Shown here: in pieces, positions 22,965-24,000 of the stretch
Layout: each line of letters begins with the position of its first letter
Position numbering within the stretch: the first letter of the stretch is position 1
Assembly: GCA_052390275.1 (NCBI GenBank)
Contig: JBQTHD010000019.1
Location: forward strand, 36-24,035
DNA from: Acidimicrobiales bacterium
Lineage (GTDB): Bacteria > Actinomycetota > Acidimicrobiia > Acidimicrobiales > AC-14
Direction: 5' to 3'
Length of the DNA stretch: 24,000 bases
Translations under genes and position numbers: made by a program
The notes under the pieces: generated by a model
Database searches by the model: none
What the model was told of the DNA's origin: nothing
The model's input: only the letters and a program-made list of their open reading frames with translations

Positions 22965-23456
22965 GTGGAGAGCTCTCGCCCGGCTCGGGCCGGTGATCTG
23001 GGTCGGATAGCCGAGCTGGCCCGGATGGCGGTGACCGAGTTGACCCCCATGCGGGGGGGTGCCGTTTGGCGGGCTGGAGAAGCACGCTTTGATCCGATGG
23101 AGCCGGAACTGAACAAGCTGCTGGACGACGAGGACCGACTGGTCCTCGTCGCGACCCTGGACGAGGCCATCATGGGCTACGCCGTTGGCGCCGCCCGCCG
23201 TCTTCACGACGGGTCACTCCTGGGGGTGATCACTGACATCTTCGTAGAGGAGGGCGCCCGGTCCATAGGACTCGGAGAAGCGATGCTCGACGACCTGATC
23301 AGTTGGTGCCGGGGCCGGGGATGTATCGGGATCGACTCGATGGCCCTGCCCGGGCATCGCAGCACCAAGAACTTCTTCGAAGAGGCCGGTTTCACCGCCC
23401 GGCAACTGATCATGCACAAGCACCTCTCGCCGCCTGACCCAAGCGCCTCCGCGTAG
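22965..23456 (+). CDS. small GNAT-family N-acetyltransferase
   Basis: [28 protein letters not shown] (acetyl-CoA motif) and [12 protein letters not shown] start. Confidence 0.85.
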   Translation: MESSRPARAGDLGRIAELARMAVTELTPMRGGAVWRAGEARFDPMEPELNKLLDDEDRLVLVATLDEAIMGYAVGAARRLHDGSLLGVITDIFVEEGARSIGLGEAMLDDLISWCRGRGCIGIDSMALPGHRSTKNFFEEAGFTARQLIMHKHLSPPDPSASA

Positions 23457-23466
23457 TCCCCAACAC

Positions 23467-23880
23467 GTGGCGATGGCCCGGCCCGAGTTGTGCGTGAGTG
23501 CCCTCGTCGCCGAGGACGGCCGGGTCCTCCTCGTTCGCCGGGGTCCGGGCCCCGCCGGGGGGCAGTGGTCCCTTCCTGGAGGCCGAGTCGAGGCCGGCGA
23601 GTCCCTGGCTGAGGCCGTAGTCAGAGAGGTGCTCGAGGAAACCGGGCTCAGTGCGGTGTGCAACCACCTCGTCGGGTGGGTCGAAAAGGTCGGTGACCCG
23701 GGGTGGGTCATCCTCGCCTTCGCTGTGACCCTCCTCGACCCCCACGACTCTGCCCCGCGAGCCGGCTCCGATGCAGCCGAGATCCGCTGGGTAAGCCTGG
23801 ATCAGGTGTCCGAACTGGACCTAACAGACGGTCTGGTCGATCTCCTGGCCGGCCAGGACCTGTTCCCCGGGTTCGTGTGA
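23467..23880 (+). CDS. Nudix hydrolase
   Basis: Nudix box [24 protein letters not shown]. Start is the GTG at 23467 or the ATG at 23473. Confidence 0.85.
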   Translation: MAMARPELCVSALVAEDGRVLLVRRGPGPAGGQWSLPGGRVEAGESLAEAVVREVLEETGLSAVCNHLVGWVEKVGDPGWVILAFAVTLLDPHDSAPRAGSDAAEIRWVSLDQVSELDLTDGLVDLLAGQDLFPGFV

Positions 23881-24000
23881 GCCAGCAGGGGGTGCTCCCT
23901 CCCCGGCTGCGGCTTCGGGCACCTGGGCTTCGGGCACCTGGGCTTCGGGCACCTGGGCCAGCGGCGACTGGGGTTCGGAGACGGCGTTGCCCGAGTTCAC
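23821..24000 (-). CDS. possible 3' end of a minus-strand CDS entering from the right edge
   Basis: An open minus-strand frame from 24000 to the TAG at 23823..23821 (…[31 protein letters not shown]…) with G/C-rich third positions. It would overlap the Nudix gene by 60 nt in convergent orientation. No start codon is in the window and it is not in the ORF track. Confidence 0.3.
   Translation of the reverse strand: MNSGNAVSEPQSPLAQVPEAQVPEAQVPEAAAGEGAPPAGSHEPGEQVLAGQEIDQTVC
23911..23955. repeat. 15-bp tandem repeat x3
   Basis: GGCTTCGGGCACCTG x3, all identical. On the minus strand this reads as the pentapeptide (AQVPE)3 in the frame with the best third-position GC. Confidence 0.9.

Noticed and set aside
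1-24000. Mobile element, prophage, defence island or genomic-island boundaries
   Set aside because: I see no integrase, transposase, tRNA attachment site, terminal inverted repeats of an IS, or recognisable defence-system genes. By eye the composition looks uniform apart from the short non-coding patches.

Overview
Visibly high-GC, gene-dense window with an Actinomycetota-type signature: many 1-4 nt start/stop overlaps, GTG/TTG starts, a Rex-type operator, cydAB and a DUF4193-like protein. All calls rest on motifs read from the supplied translations and on the DNA itself; no searches were run. I recognise no rRNA, tRNA, CRISPR array, transposase or integrase.

Main content:
1. A nine-gene, translationally coupled plus-strand operon (4830-12611). 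It encodes an adenylate-forming acyl ligase, a KAS III-like enzyme with an altered catalytic triad, an AurF-type di-iron oxygenase, and a small carrier protein. These are followed by a truncated class II aminoacyl-tRNA-synthetase-like protein (amino acid:carrier-protein ligase type), a thioester-reductase-type SDR, an Sfp-type PPTase, a second unrelated ferritin-like di-iron protein, and a second carrier protein.
2. This operon is divergently paired, across a 65-bp gap, with an ATGA-coupled DUF3419/BtaA-like gene and a two-lobed GNAT gene. A cupredoxin lipoprotein and an internally duplicated lipoprotein follow on the same strand.
3. I read items 1 and 2 as an orphan, non-NRPS/non-PKS carrier-protein pathway, possibly making an oxidised lipo-amino-alcohol or aminolipid. 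It is the best candidate for an undescribed system in this window.
4. A respiratory/redox block: a CBS-pair protein, a stand-alone NuoF-like flavoprotein, and cydA-cydB plus a small 4-TM protein. A perfect Rex operator lies upstream of cydA and an imperfect one upstream of the NuoF-like gene.
5. Housekeeping-type genes: an M20 amidohydrolase, a long ThyX-like protein, a hyper-acidic DUF4193-like zinc-ribbon protein, a PASTG-repeat protein, a small GNAT and a Nudix hydrolase.

Other notable DNA-level signals:
- Three separate in-frame 15-bp tandem repeats within about 4 kb.
- A non-coding 14-bp x4 tandem repeat in a promoter region.
- Two unusually long non-coding stretches (25-414 and 21166-21752). 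The first has long-range inverted repeats and an SD-sequestering hairpin switch.
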